In this document: positions 1 through 11,887 of the stretch, in pieces
Layout of the letters: every line of letters begins with the position of its first letter
Position numbering within the stretch: the stretch's first letter is position 1
Assembly (NCBI GenBank): GCA_028826165.1
Contig: JAPDFW010000094.1
Span: 62,001-126,000, forward strand
Reading direction: 5' to 3'
Source: Anaeramoeba ignava BMAN
Lineage: Eukaryota; Protista; Anaeramoebae
Length of the DNA stretch: 64,000 nucleotides
Position numbers and translations under genes: made by a program
Notes under the pieces: model-generated
Databases searched by the model: none
What the model was told of the DNA's origin: nothing
The model's input: only the letters and a program-made list of their open reading frames with translations

Positions 1-77
1 TTTTAATTTTAAATTTTGATTTTAATTTTAAATTTTGATTTTAATTTTAAATTTTGATTTTAATTTTAATTTTCTAC

Positions 78-1509
78 CTTCCATATATAATTCCAGATAA
101 ATAAAAAAGTTTAGCTCCTTGATATATTTCTGTCCAAAATCTTTTTTTTAAAATTTTTTTAGTTCTTCTAAGTGTTTTATTTTCTTTAAATTTATCTAAA
201 TGTGTTAAAATTCCCATAACTCTTGGAAATCCATGAGCTTGAAGTAAATTTAAAAATTCAAATGTTTCCTATTTATTTATAAATATAATTATAAATTTAT
301 TTATAAATTTTGATATGAATTTAATTATAAATATTATTATAAATTTAATTATAAATTTAATTATAAATTTTGATATAAATTTTATTATAAATATTATTAT
401 AAATTTAATTATAAATTTAATTATAAATTTAATTATAAATTTTGATATAAATTTAATTATAAATTTTATTATAAATTTAATTATAAATATTATTATAAAT
501 TTAATTATAAATTTAATTATAAATATAATTATAAATATAATTATAAATTTAATTATAAATTTAATTATAAATATAATTATAAATATTATTATAAATTTAA
601 TTATAAATATTATTATAAATTTAATTATAAATATAATTATAAATTTAATTATAAATTTAATTATAAATTTAATTATAAATTTAATTATAAATTTAATTAT
701 AAATTTAATTATAAATTTAATTATAAATTTAATTATAAATTTATTTCAAATTTTGATTGTAAATTTAATAAATGAATTTTATACCATTTCAAATCCAAAT
801 GATGCATCAATTAAAAGTAATATTAAATCTGCAATTTTTGCAATATCAACCATAGAATTAAGATCATTTTTTGATTCAAAAAAAGTTAATCTTCTATTTT
901 TTCCACTAATTAAAGTAACTTAATATAAATTAAAATATAAATAAATTAAAATATAATAAAAAATATAAATATAAATATAAATTAAAATATAAATTAAAAT
1001 ATAAATTAAAATATAAATTAAAAATATAAATTAAAAATATAAATTAAAATATAAATTAAAATATAAAAAATAAAAATAAATAAATCTTACTTGGCCCTTT
1101 GATTTCATTTATATTTTGTTTTGTATAACGTTTAACAAGAGAACTTTTTAATAAAAAAAATTTTAATTTAAATAAAAAGAAAAAAAAAATTTTTTTTAAA
1201 ATTTAAATTTAAATTTTAATTTTACCGAATTAATGTGCTCTTTCCTGTTGATGGAGGTCCAACTACCCCAACAATAATTGGTTTATCATCTGTAGAACGT
1301 TTTACAATTGGATAATGAAGTTTTTTTTCAATTCTATCTGTTCTTCTTTGAGCAATTTTTTGGAAATTTACTGAAGATCTAACAGAAAATGCTTTTTCAT
1401 TTTTATGTTTTGGAAATTGTTTATTCTTTTTCATTAATTTTTTTTTCTTCGCAAATTTTCCACCAACATTTTTTTTATTATGTTTTTTATTTTCTTGTTC
1501 TTCATTCAT
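78..1509 (-). CDS. BMS1: Ribosome biogenesis GTPase Bms1, 5' part (4 exons; continues beyond window start)
   Basis: Spliced translation contains GPPSTGKSTLIRSLVKRYT, DIAKIADLILLLIDASFGFEMETFEFLNLLQAHGFPRVMGILTHLD and KRFWTEIYQGAKLFYLSG. All introns are GT-AG. Confidence 0.95.
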
Positions 1510-1588
1510 TTTATAAAAGAAAAAAAAAAAAAAAAGTCTTGTAAAAGAAAAAAAATGAAAAAAATTTTTTTTGATAAATTTTTTTTTT

Positions 1589-2827
1589 CTAACTCAACCA
1601 ATTTAAAAATAATAAAGAAAAAGAAGCTATCATTAAAAGAACAAAAACTAAACGGAAACATGAAAACTTCCGATTTCTTGTTATTAAAAGTTCTTCTTTT
1701 GCTAATTTTAAGTGTTCAGTTGCACTAACAGTTGAATCATAAATATAATCAATTTCTTGTGATTGTTCAATTATTTTATTTGCAAATAAATCTTGCAATT
1801 TTGATATTTCAATTAATTTCACTTCAATTTCTTTAACTTGATCAACAGTATCCATTAATTTTTGTTTTACTATTAAATTTTCTTGCATTAATTTTTTTGA
1901 TTCATTTTCATCTAATTCTTCTTCAATCATTTTCCATTCATTAAAATAATTTGGATCATTTTTTTCCAAATTGATTTTTTGATTTTCTTTTTCAAAAAAT
2001 AAATCTTTTTTTTCTTTTTCAAAATCATTATCAAATTGAATTTCATTTTGATTTTGATTTTCATTTTCATTTTCATTTTTTGATTTTTCAAATAATTCTT
2101 GAAATTTATTCTTTGGTTTTTCTTCATTCAAATTCATTGAATTCAAATTCAAATTTGAAAAATTATCATTTTCTTGGTTTTCAAATTCTTCTTTAATTTC
2201 ATTAAGAACTTGTTCATTTTTTAATTTTGTTTGAGTTTTTTCATTTTGAAATGATTTTATAATTGAATTTGGATCTGAAAATTCATCTTGTTTTGATTTG
2301 AATCTAAAATCGTTTTTCCAATCTAAAGTTTTCTCAATAAAATCAATTTTTTTATGATTGAAACTTCTTAATTCTTCAAATTCTTTTGTCATTTGATGAG
2401 CTTTTTCTGAAATCCAAGAAATAATATTTGAATAAAAAATAAATGAATCTTTTGAATTGAGATTTTCTTTCTTTTTTGATAATGATAAATTTTGAGAAAT
2501 TGTTGTTATTCTTTCTCCAATTCCTTTAATTTCATCAAATATTTGTTTATTTATGTTAATTTCTTTTTTGTTTTCTTTTTGAATTTTTAAAGAAATTTGT
2601 TTTTTCAGTAAAAATTGTTTTTGTTTTTGATTTTCAATTATTTTTCTTAAATTTTTAATTTGTTGATAAATAAGTAATAAATCTCTATATATTTGTGATT
2701 TAGGTTTTGTTGGTTTAAGAATTGAAGTTGAAATTATATTTTGAGTTTTATTATTTTGTTGTAAATTTTGTTTTTGAGTTTCATTAATTTTATTTAATAA
2801 AAGAAAAAAATCATTTGTTTTATTCAT
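1589..2827 (-). CDS. STX18: Qa-SNARE, syntaxin 18/Ufe1-like
   Basis: SNARE helix VKEIEVKLIEISKLQDLFANKIIEQSQEID; C-terminal TM ending ASFSLLFLNWLS, typical of Syx18. Confidence 0.8.
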   Translation of the reverse strand: MNKTNDFFLLLNKINETQKQNLQQNNKTQNIISTSILKPTKPKSQIYRDLLLIYQQIKNLRKIIENQKQKQFLLKKQISLKIQKENKKEININKQIFDEIKGIGERITTISQNLSLSKKKENLNSKDSFIFYSNIISWISEKAHQMTKEFEELRSFNHKKIDFIEKTLDWKNDFRFKSKQDEFSDPNSIIKSFQNEKTQTKLKNEQVLNEIKEEFENQENDNFSNLNLNSMNLNEEKPKNKFQELFEKSKNENENENQNQNEIQFDNDFEKEKKDLFFEKENQKINLEKNDPNYFNEWKMIEEELDENESKKLMQENLIVKQKLMDTVDQVKEIEVKLIEISKLQDLFANKIIEQSQEIDYIYDSTVSATEHLKLAKEELLITRNRKFSCFRLVFVLLMIASFSLLFLNWLS

Positions 2828-2839
2828 TTTTTTTTTTTT

Positions 2840-2922
2840 TGAAAATGAAAAAATGAAAAAATGAAAAAATGAAAAATGAAAAAATGAAAAATGAAAAAAT
2901 GAAAAATGAAAAAATGAAAAAA
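2840..2922 (-). promoter_or_regulatory. Tandem TTTTCATTTT initiator-like array upstream of STX18
   Basis: About 9 copies within 100 bp of the ATG. Confidence 0.6.
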
Positions 2923-2962
2923 AAAACGTTTTTTGTTTTTTGGAATTATTCTTAAATTTTTT

Positions 2963-4499
2963 TTAAAATGGTTGATTATTTAAAAATCTGTAAAGCATAT
3001 CCAAAACATTTTTAGCTTGATCATCCTAAATAAAAAAAAAAAAATTGGAAAAATAAGTTAAAAAAAAAAGTGGAACAAAAAAAAAATATAAAAATTTTTT
3101 AACTTACAGGACTAAATTAAAAATAAATTAAAAATAAATTAAAATTAAAATTAAAATTAAAATTAAAAATAAAAATTAAAAATAAATTATACACAAAATG
3201 TCCAGTATTATGAAACATAAAAAACCATAAATTTTCATAATTTTTTCCATAACCAGCAATTTGTGAATCAACTTGCCAAACATTTCTTGTAGTATTAAGA
3301 AAATTATCAATACCAGACCAATTGATATCTTTCATCCATTCATAAACACCAACCAAATTTATGATATAATCAAATTGACCATTATAAAGTAAGACCTTAT
3401 AATTATTATTCAAAAGAGCTTCAATTTTTGATTTAACACTTTTTGTTAAATCTTGAGTAAAATTATTCCAAATATCAGGAGAACAAGAAACCCAAGTAAT
3501 ATTTTCAACTCCTAAATTACTTTGTGTTGATTGTTCGTTGAGCCATTTTGATAATTCCGATCCTTGATCAGAATGTCCTCGAATATCATAACAATTTACT
3601 GGTGAATGAGCACAAATGAAATCATCAATTTGTGAGAATGTATTTCCTGCTTCTTCCCATTGTTCTGATTGAATATATGCTGCGCATTGTTGTTCTAAAG
3701 TTTGTAGTTGTGCGAGTTTTATTGGATCAAAAAATGATAATGAATAAGCAAATTGTGAATAAGATAAAACTTGAGGAAGAGGATCAACAAGTCCATCACC
3801 TTTCAAAATGAATTAAAATATAAATATAAAATTAAATTTCATGTTAAAATATAAAATTAAATTTCATGTTAAAATAAATTTTTTAGATTTACCAATAACA
3901 ATCCCTTTCAAATTAATATCGGAATTAGATGACATAATTTTATAAGCTAAAGATGGAACATATTTTCCAGAATAACTTTCTCCAGTAACATAAAAATCAT
4001 TATTGTAATAATCAAAGAATTTATCAAAAAAAACCAACAAACCATTAAACAAATCTTCAGCTAAAGCATCTTCATTATTAACATAACCAGCAGAATTATC
4101 AACATAAGAAAAACCAGTTCCAACAGGAGAATCAATATAAAGCATATTAAAATAATTTGTCCAAGAATAAGGGTTTTGAATAAATGAATAATCTTTTTGG
4201 ATCAAAATTGGACCATTTTCAATAAAGGCTCCATATTCAGAAGAACAACCAGGTCCTCCTTGTAACCAAAGAGCAACAGGCTGACTCATGCCTTGTTGGG
4301 ATTTAAAAAAGATGAAAAATAATTCTGCTCCCATTGTTTCATTTACTTCTATATATCCAGTATAACATTCTTGTCCCGATATTGTTGTAAATGTCTCATT
4401 GTAAATGTCACTTCTGCTTATGTTATTAATAATAACTTTTGGATGAGAAAAAGCAAAATAAAAAAGAAATAAAAAGAGAAATAAAGAAATAGATTTCAT
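2963..4499 (-). CDS. Serine carboxypeptidase (peptidase S10), secreted/lysosomal; 4 exons including a 4-nt microexon
   Basis: Signal peptide, WLQGGPGCSS, GESYSG (catalytic Ser), YNGQFD, and GHFVPDDQ (catalytic His) after splicing exons ~3893-4499, 3193-3800, 3108-3111 and 2963-3025. Confidence 0.92.
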
Positions 4500-4568
4500 G
4501 TAAAAGGAAAAAAATGAAAAAAAAAATTTAAATTATTTTTCTTTTTCTTTCTTTTAAATTTTTCGAAA

Positions 4569-5399
4569 ATGAAATTTTTCTTTTTGTTTTTGTTTTTGTT
4601 TTTGTTTTTCGTTTTTTTCCAAATTAATTCAATTACAATTCCAACAAATTTTGATTGGAGAGATATTGATGGAGAAAATTATTGCACAATAATTAGACAA
4701 CAACATTTACCTCAATGGTGTGGTTCATGCTGGTGTTTTTCAAGTACAAGTGCATTAAACGATCGATTCAAAATTGGGTATGGAAACTCAAGACTTGATA
4801 TCAATGTTTCACCTCAACATATTATTAATTGCGGACAAGCAGGAAATTGTGATGGAGGAAGACCTTATTTAACATATGATTTCATTCAAAAAAATGGAGT
4901 AGTTGATGAAACATGTGCACCTTATGAAGCCAAAAACAAGGAATGCACACCAGAAAATATTTGCAAAAGATGTCCAGGTGCAAATCAAGAATGTTATGCG
5001 GTTGAATCACCAAAAAAATACTTTATCACAAGTCATGGAAATGTTACTGGAGAAGCACAAATTTTGCAAGAAGTGTATTTGAATGGTCCTGTTGTTTGTC
5101 ATCTTGCTGTTACTCAAGAACTTGAAGAATGGAACGGTGGTGATAAGGTGTTTATTGATACTACTGGGAGATTGAATCATGATCATTATGTTTCTATTGT
5201 TGGTTTTGGTTATTCTGTTGAGCAGAAAGTTCCCTATTGGATTGTTAGAAATAGTTGGGGAGTTGAATGGAATCCTTCTTCAAGTTTTGGAGGTGGTTTT
5301 TTTAATCTTGTTAGAGGTGTTAATAATTTGGATATTGAAGAAATGTGTTTTTGGGCAATTCCTAAATTGGATGATATCACAAAATTCAAAAAGAAATGA
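4569..5399 (+). CDS. CTSZ: Papain-family cysteine protease, cathepsin X/Z-like
   Basis: RQQHLPQWCGSCW with the cathepsin X mini-loop, catalytic His in DHYVSIVGFG, WIVRNSWG, signal peptide. Confidence 0.9.
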   Translation: MKFFFLFLFLFLFFVFFQINSITIPTNFDWRDIDGENYCTIIRQQHLPQWCGSCWCFSSTSALNDRFKIGYGNSRLDINVSPQHIINCGQAGNCDGGRPYLTYDFIQKNGVVDETCAPYEAKNKECTPENICKRCPGANQECYAVESPKKYFITSHGNVTGEAQILQEVYLNGPVVCHLAVTQELEEWNGGDKVFIDTTGRLNHDHYVSIVGFGYSVEQKVPYWIVRNSWGVEWNPSSSFGGGFFNLVRGVNNLDIEEMCFWAIPKLDDITKFKKK

Positions 5400-5562
5400 A
5401 ATGAATTGAAATTCAATTGAATTGAATTGAATTGGAAGGAATAAAAAAAGCGAATTTTATTTTTTTTTTAAACAAAATTAAATTTAATTGGAATGAGAAA
5501 ATTAAATGGAATGAAATTAATTTGAAAAAAAAAAGAATCTAAAAAAAGTAGTTAAAATAGAT

Positions 5563-8500
5563 TCATGTCCAATTTGCTTGCCAACCTCTTGAAATAATGC
5601 GTATAGTCCAGAGAACGACAGAAGATAAAGAAGCGATTGTTGTTAAAAGAAAGAAGAAGTATAAAGGGATCATAACATAAGAAAAATGATTCAAATAATA
5701 ATTTTCGAGATAACTGTTAAGAAGACAAAGAAAAACAATGATGGGAAAATTCAGAGCTAAAAATGGTTTTGCAATTCTGACAAAGGCATCTTCGCTAATT
5801 GAATGAGGACAGTTTTCCGAAGCAGCGCAAGATAGAGCAATGCAAGGGAAAAACAAGTATATATAAAAGGGGATAAAAATGATTGTATAAGAAACATTCC
5901 ATTTGCTATCGATTTTGAGTATCAAAAAAGCAAAACCAACGATTAAATCAACAAGCATCAAAATGGACATGACTCCAGAAAAAGTTGCTGTTCTTAAAAT
6001 GAAATAACTTATAAAACAAAGAATCACGAAAATTAAATAAATAGGGACAAATATAATTGCCCAATCCCATTTGATTATTTCATCTGCACGAAGTGCTGCT
6101 AATAAAGAAAATAAATCCACAGAAGCAAATAAAGATATAACAATAGCTAGAAAAATGGCATCATCTCTTTCCACAAAGAACATTAATCTTATCAGCAATC
6201 CAATCACAGCAATAACTATTGCGAGAACTGGAAGAATCATATAAACAAATTTGATGTGATTGAGTTGTTCAATTCGAAAATCTAGAAGAAAGAGGAAAAT
6301 AAAGAATCCAATTTGTCCAAGACAAAGCAAGATTGAGATGAAATATACAAGTTGCGTTTGAATTTTCCTGTTTTTCATCTGTATTTCCAATTGATGTTGT
6401 CTTTGACTCATTTGAGTCTCATGTTTTTTAAAAGTGTTTTTTGTTTCTTTTATTTTGGAAATGAGTATTTTGTATGGATCTTCAACTAAATCAATATATT
6501 CTATTCTTTTCTCTTTTGTTGAGAGTGGAACTGGAAATATTGAACTTCCTACTTTTGTAATTGTGTTAGAATTTGGTGTTAAAGCTCTTTGAAATGAGCC
6601 TACCATTGCTGATCTTGAAAAAATTCTAATTGTTTGAGAATTTTGTCTTGATTTTTCTTCATTTTGTGATTTTTCTTCATTTGATTTTTCTTCGTTTGAT
6701 TTTTCAATAAGTAGATCTTCTTCATTCAAGTTATTTATTTCCAAAATTTCTTTATTTTGATTATTTTCATTATTTTCATTATCAATGTTAATATTAATAT
6801 TTTCGTTGTTTTCAATTATATTTTTTTTCTTCTTTTTTTCTTCTCTTAGTTTTTTAATTTGATTTTCTAAATCTGCTTGTAAACCAACTACAATAAGTGT
6901 TCTTGAGTATTCAACTACTTCTAATTGTTCTGAAATGAATAAATAATCATAATTTTTTGCAATTGTTCTCCAAAGTGATAAATCACTACAAGTTAAATAA
7001 AATGATCTACAAGTAAAAGATGTTCTGATAATTTCAATAGGAGAGAGAAACTGGAAAATATAAAGATGCACTAAAATAATTTTATTTTATAATTTTATTT
7101 TATAATTTTATTTTTATTTAATTTTATAAATAATTTTATTTTATAATTTTATATTTAATTTTATAAATAATTTTATTTTATAATTTTATAAATAATTTTA
7201 TATATAATTTTATTTTATAATTTTATAAATAATTTTATATATAATTTTATATTTAATTTTATATATAATTTTATAAATAATTTTATAAATAATTTTATAA
7301 ATAATTTTATAAATAATTTTATAATTAATTTTATATTTAATTTTATAAATAATTTTATTATATAATTTTATAAATAATTTTATAAATAATTTTATAATTA
7401 ATTTTATAAATAATTTTATAAATAATTTTATATATAATTTTATAAATAATTTTATAAATAATTTTATAAATTAATTTAATAAATAATTTTATAAATAATT
7501 TTATAAATAATTTTTTTTAAATTTTGTAAATAATTTTAATAAATAATTTTATATTTAATTTTATTTTAAATTTTATAAATAATTTTATAAATAATTTAAT
7601 ATAATTTATTTTTAAATTTTTAATTTAATTTAATAATTAATTTTATATTTTTTATTTTATATTTAATTTTTAAATAATTTATTTTATAATTTTATATTTA
7701 ATTTTATATTTAATTTTATAAATAATTTTATAAATAATTTTATAATTAATTTTATAAATAATTTTATATTTAATTTTATATTAATAATTTTATATTTTAA
7801 TTTTATATTTAATAATTTAATTTTATATTTAATTTTTATTTTTAATTTTATAAACTTTTAATTTAATAAATAATTTTATAAATAATTTTATAAATAATTT
7901 TATAAATAATTTTATTTTAATTTTATATTTAATTTTATATTTAATTTTATAAATAATTTTATAAATAATTTAATATATAATTTTATATTTAATTTATTTT
8001 AAATAATTTTATAATTAATTATATAAATAATTTTATAAATAATTTTATATTCAATTTATTTAAATAAATTTAATAAATAATTTTATTTTAATTAATTTTA
8101 TATTTAATTTAATAAATAATTTTATATTTAATTTTTATAAATAATTTTATATTTAATTTTTATAAAATAATTTAATAAATAATTTTATTAATAAATTTTA
8201 TAAATAATTTTTATTAAATAATTTTATAAATAATTTTATAAATAATTTTATATTTAAATTTTTATAAATAATTTAATAAATAATTTTATAAATAATTTTA
8301 TATTTAATTTAATAAATAATTTTTTATATAATTTTATAAATAATTTTTATAAATAATTTTATATATAATTTAATATATAATTTTATAAATAATTTTATAA
8401 ATAATTTTATAAATAATTTTATAAATAATTTTAAATAATTTATTTTAAATTTTATAAATAATTTTATTAATAATTTTTATTAATAATTTTATTAATAATT

Positions 8501-10370
8501 TTATAAATAATTTTATAAATAATTTTATAAATAATTTTTATATTTTTTATATTTAATTTTATAAATAATTTTTATAAATAATTTTTAAATAATATTATAA
8601 ATAATTTTATATTTAATTTTATATATAATTTTATAAATAATTTTATAAATTTTTTTATAAATAATTTTATAAATAATTTTATAAATAATTTATTTATAAA
8701 TTTTATAAATAATTTTAATAAATAATTTTATATCTCAATTTATTTTAAATTTTATAAATAATTTTATAAATAATTTTTAAATAATTTAATTTTATAAATA
8801 ATTTTATATTTAATTTATTTTTAAATTTTATATTTAATTTTATATTCAAATTTTAAATTTTTATATTATTTTTAAATTTTTTATAAATAATTTTATATTT
8901 AATTTAATAAATAATTTTATATTTAATTTTATAATTAATTTTATAAATAATTTTATAAATAATTTTATAAATAATTTTATATATTTGATTTTATAAATAA
9001 TTTTTATATTTAATTTTATATTTAATTTTTATATATAATATTATAAATAATTTTATATTATATTTTAAATTTTATATTTAATTTTATATTTAATTTTATT
9101 TTAAATTTTATAAATAATTTTATAAATAATTTTATAAATAATTTTATATTTAATTTTATAAATAATTTTATATTTAATTTTATATTTAATTTTATAAATA
9201 ATTTATTTTATAATTAATTTATAATTTAATAAATAATTTTATAATTAATTTTATTTTTAAATTTTATAAATAATTTTAATAAATAATTTTATAAATAATT
9301 TTATAAATAATTTTATTAATAATTTATTTTAATAATTTAATAAATAATTTTATAAATAATTTTATAAATAATTTTATAATTTAATTTTATAAATAATTTT
9401 ATAAATAATTTTATAAATAATTTTTATATTTTAATTTTATATTTAATTTTATATTTAATTTTATAAATAATTTTATAAATAATTTTATAAATAATTTTAT
9501 TTTATAATTTTATATTTAATTTTATAAATAATTTTATAAATAATTTTATATTTAATTTTATATTTAATTTTATATTTAATTTTATAAAAATTTTATAAAT
9601 AATTTTATAAATAATTTAATAAATAATTTTATAAATAATTTTTATAAATAATTTTATAAATAATTTTTTAATATTAATAATTTTATATTTAATTTTATAT
9701 TTTAATTTTATATTTAATTTTAAATAATAAATTTTATAAATAATTTTATAAATAATTTTATTAATAATTTTATAAATAATTTTATAAATAATTTTATAAA
9801 TAATTTTATAAATAATTTTATAAATAATTTTATTTTAAATTTTATATTTAATTTTATAAATAATTTTATATTCAATTTATTTTAAATTTTATAAATAATT
9901 TATTTTAAATTTTATATTTAATTTTATAAATAATTTTATAAATAATTTTATAAATAATTTTATAAATAATTTTATATTCAATTTATTTTAAATTTTATAA
10001 ATAATTTTATTAATAATTTTATATATAATTTTATAAATAATTTAATATTTAATTTAATAAATAATTTTATATTCAATTTATTTTAAATTTTATAAATAAT
10101 TTAATAAATACATTCTTCAGGAAGAATTTGAGAAAAAGAATCCTCTTCATTTCCTGGTGAATCTGCATTAAAACCCGAAGGTAAATTAGAAGATTTAAAC
10201 AATTTTAAATATAAATCACGAGTAAAATTAAAAACACCATTTCCTCGATAAACTAAAAAAGAATCTGTTGGTTCAATTATTTTAGATAAATTTTCAAGTG
10301 ATTCAACTTCTGAACCTGAAGTTGTTATTTGTTGAATTTCTTCATCACTTTTTGATTGATTTATATTCAT
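5563..10370 (-). CDS. F-box protein with C-terminal multi-pass TMEM185/Fragile-X-F-associated-like membrane domain (2 exons)
   Basis: Exon 10112-10370 joined to 5563-7070 rebuilds the F-box ILPEELHLYIFQFLSPIEIIRTSFTCRSF..LWR. Repeated W/Y-x-IIF-x-P-x-Y TM hairpins follow. Confidence 0.75.
7071..10111 (-). repeat. 3.04-kb intron made of almost pure A/T degenerate microsatellite ((TTTTATAAATAA)n-like)
   Basis: GT at 10111-10110 and AG at 7072-7071 on the minus strand; only a handful of G/C bases inside. Confidence 0.9.
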
Positions 10371-10570
10371 TTATTTTAATTAAAATTAATTAAAAAAAAA
10401 AAGGAGAAAAAAAAAATGAAAAAAAAATTAAAAATTTTTAATTTAAAATTTAAAAAAAGGAGAATTTTTTTTCTCAATTTAATTCCTTTCATTTTTTTTC
10501 ATTTTTCATTTTTCATTTTTTTCATTTTTTTTGAAATTAAATTTTATTTTCATTTTTAATTTAAATTATA

Positions 10571-11781
10571 ATGTTAGGTCCATTTATTTTTTCAAAAATT
10601 TCAGAAGTAATGAAACCAAAAGAAAAAAAACCAACAAGTTTTGAAATTGAAAAAAAACCAACTGAAGAAGAAAATCAACCAAAACAGTTAAAAAATCAAC
10701 CAAATTTTTATTCCGATCCAAATATTCATTCACATTTAAATCCAAAAGAAAAATTTAATGGAAAATCAAATGGAAATTCTGAGAATTTTTATATAACTTT
10801 CCCAATGAGGAAAACAATTCTCAAGAACATGATTATCAACAAGATCCCGAACATCTACAAAGATTTATGAAGACACATTCACTTTCATTTACAGAAAACA
10901 CTTACGAATTTCAATTTATGAAAAAATTACAATTTCAAAAAGAATTAAAAAAAGAAGAAAGCATTCAATCAGGGTTTATTGACCCATCAAAAATAGAAGA
11001 ACAAGCACAGCGACCAATTAAGCTTTTTAAGAATATTCGCGAGAGAGAAAACATTGATAATCAAGCTAATCTTTTCTCTATTATAAACACTGTTGAACAT
11101 TTAGAAAAAGCGCTCTCAAGCGATGCAATTACATCCGAGCAATACACAATGGCTTGCTCCAGATTGATAACCCAGTTTAAAACTGCCCTTACTGTGCTTT
11201 CTTTTTCTCACAAAGACGTTCTTGATTTCTTGAAATATTACAATGTATTATTCATTCATGTTCTTGTTGCTTTTGTTTTCTTGATTGCTTATTTTTTATT
11301 TTCGTTTTTTCTGTTTTTAAGGTTAAATTTCCTTCTGCTACTCATACTTTGATTGAAATTGGTCTTCCTTCTACCATTGAATATGCAAGATCTTCTGAAA
11401 AGGAAAACAATTCTGGTCATATTGCGGAATGTGTGGCCTTTTTTATAACTGCAATGGATAGGTTAATAAAAATTTCAATTTAAAAATTCTAATCCAAAAA
11501 ATTCTAATTTAAAAAAATTTAATTTAAAAATTTTTAGTATAAAATTAAATATGATTGCTGCCGACCAAATTGCTCCAAATTTAAGTGAAATTTATACTGC
11601 TCTTTCAAAAATTTCAAGTCTTCCTGATAATTTTATTGCAAAAGAAAAAACTAAAGAATGGATTTCAACTTTAAATCCAATGAAAGCTCATGAAGAACTT
11701 TCTCCTGATCAAGCAAGACAATTATTATATGATCTTGAATCTTCTTATAGTGCTTTAATGGAATTTTTAAAGAAGAAATGA
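10571..11781 (+). CDS. VPS28: ESCRT-I subunit Vps28 with N-terminal extension (apparent frameshift ~10786-10790; introns 11245-11321 and 11462-11537)
   Basis: ANLFSIINTVEHLEKA, YTMACSRLITQFK, IAECVAFFITAMDSIKLNM, ELSPDQARQLLYDLESSY. Confidence 0.9.
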
Positions 11782-11887
11782 AATTTTATTTTTACTTTTT
11801 GATTTTCTTTTTTTTCAACTATTCAAATGAAAGTTAAAAATTATTATTATTATTTTTTTGCTAGTTCAAATTTATTTGCTTTTTTTT

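Noticed and set aside
315-923. ORF of (INLI)n and the many similar IKIK/NFNF/DFDF/ILIL ORFs in the track
   Set aside because: These are stop-free frames of microsatellites lying in introns or antisense to real genes.
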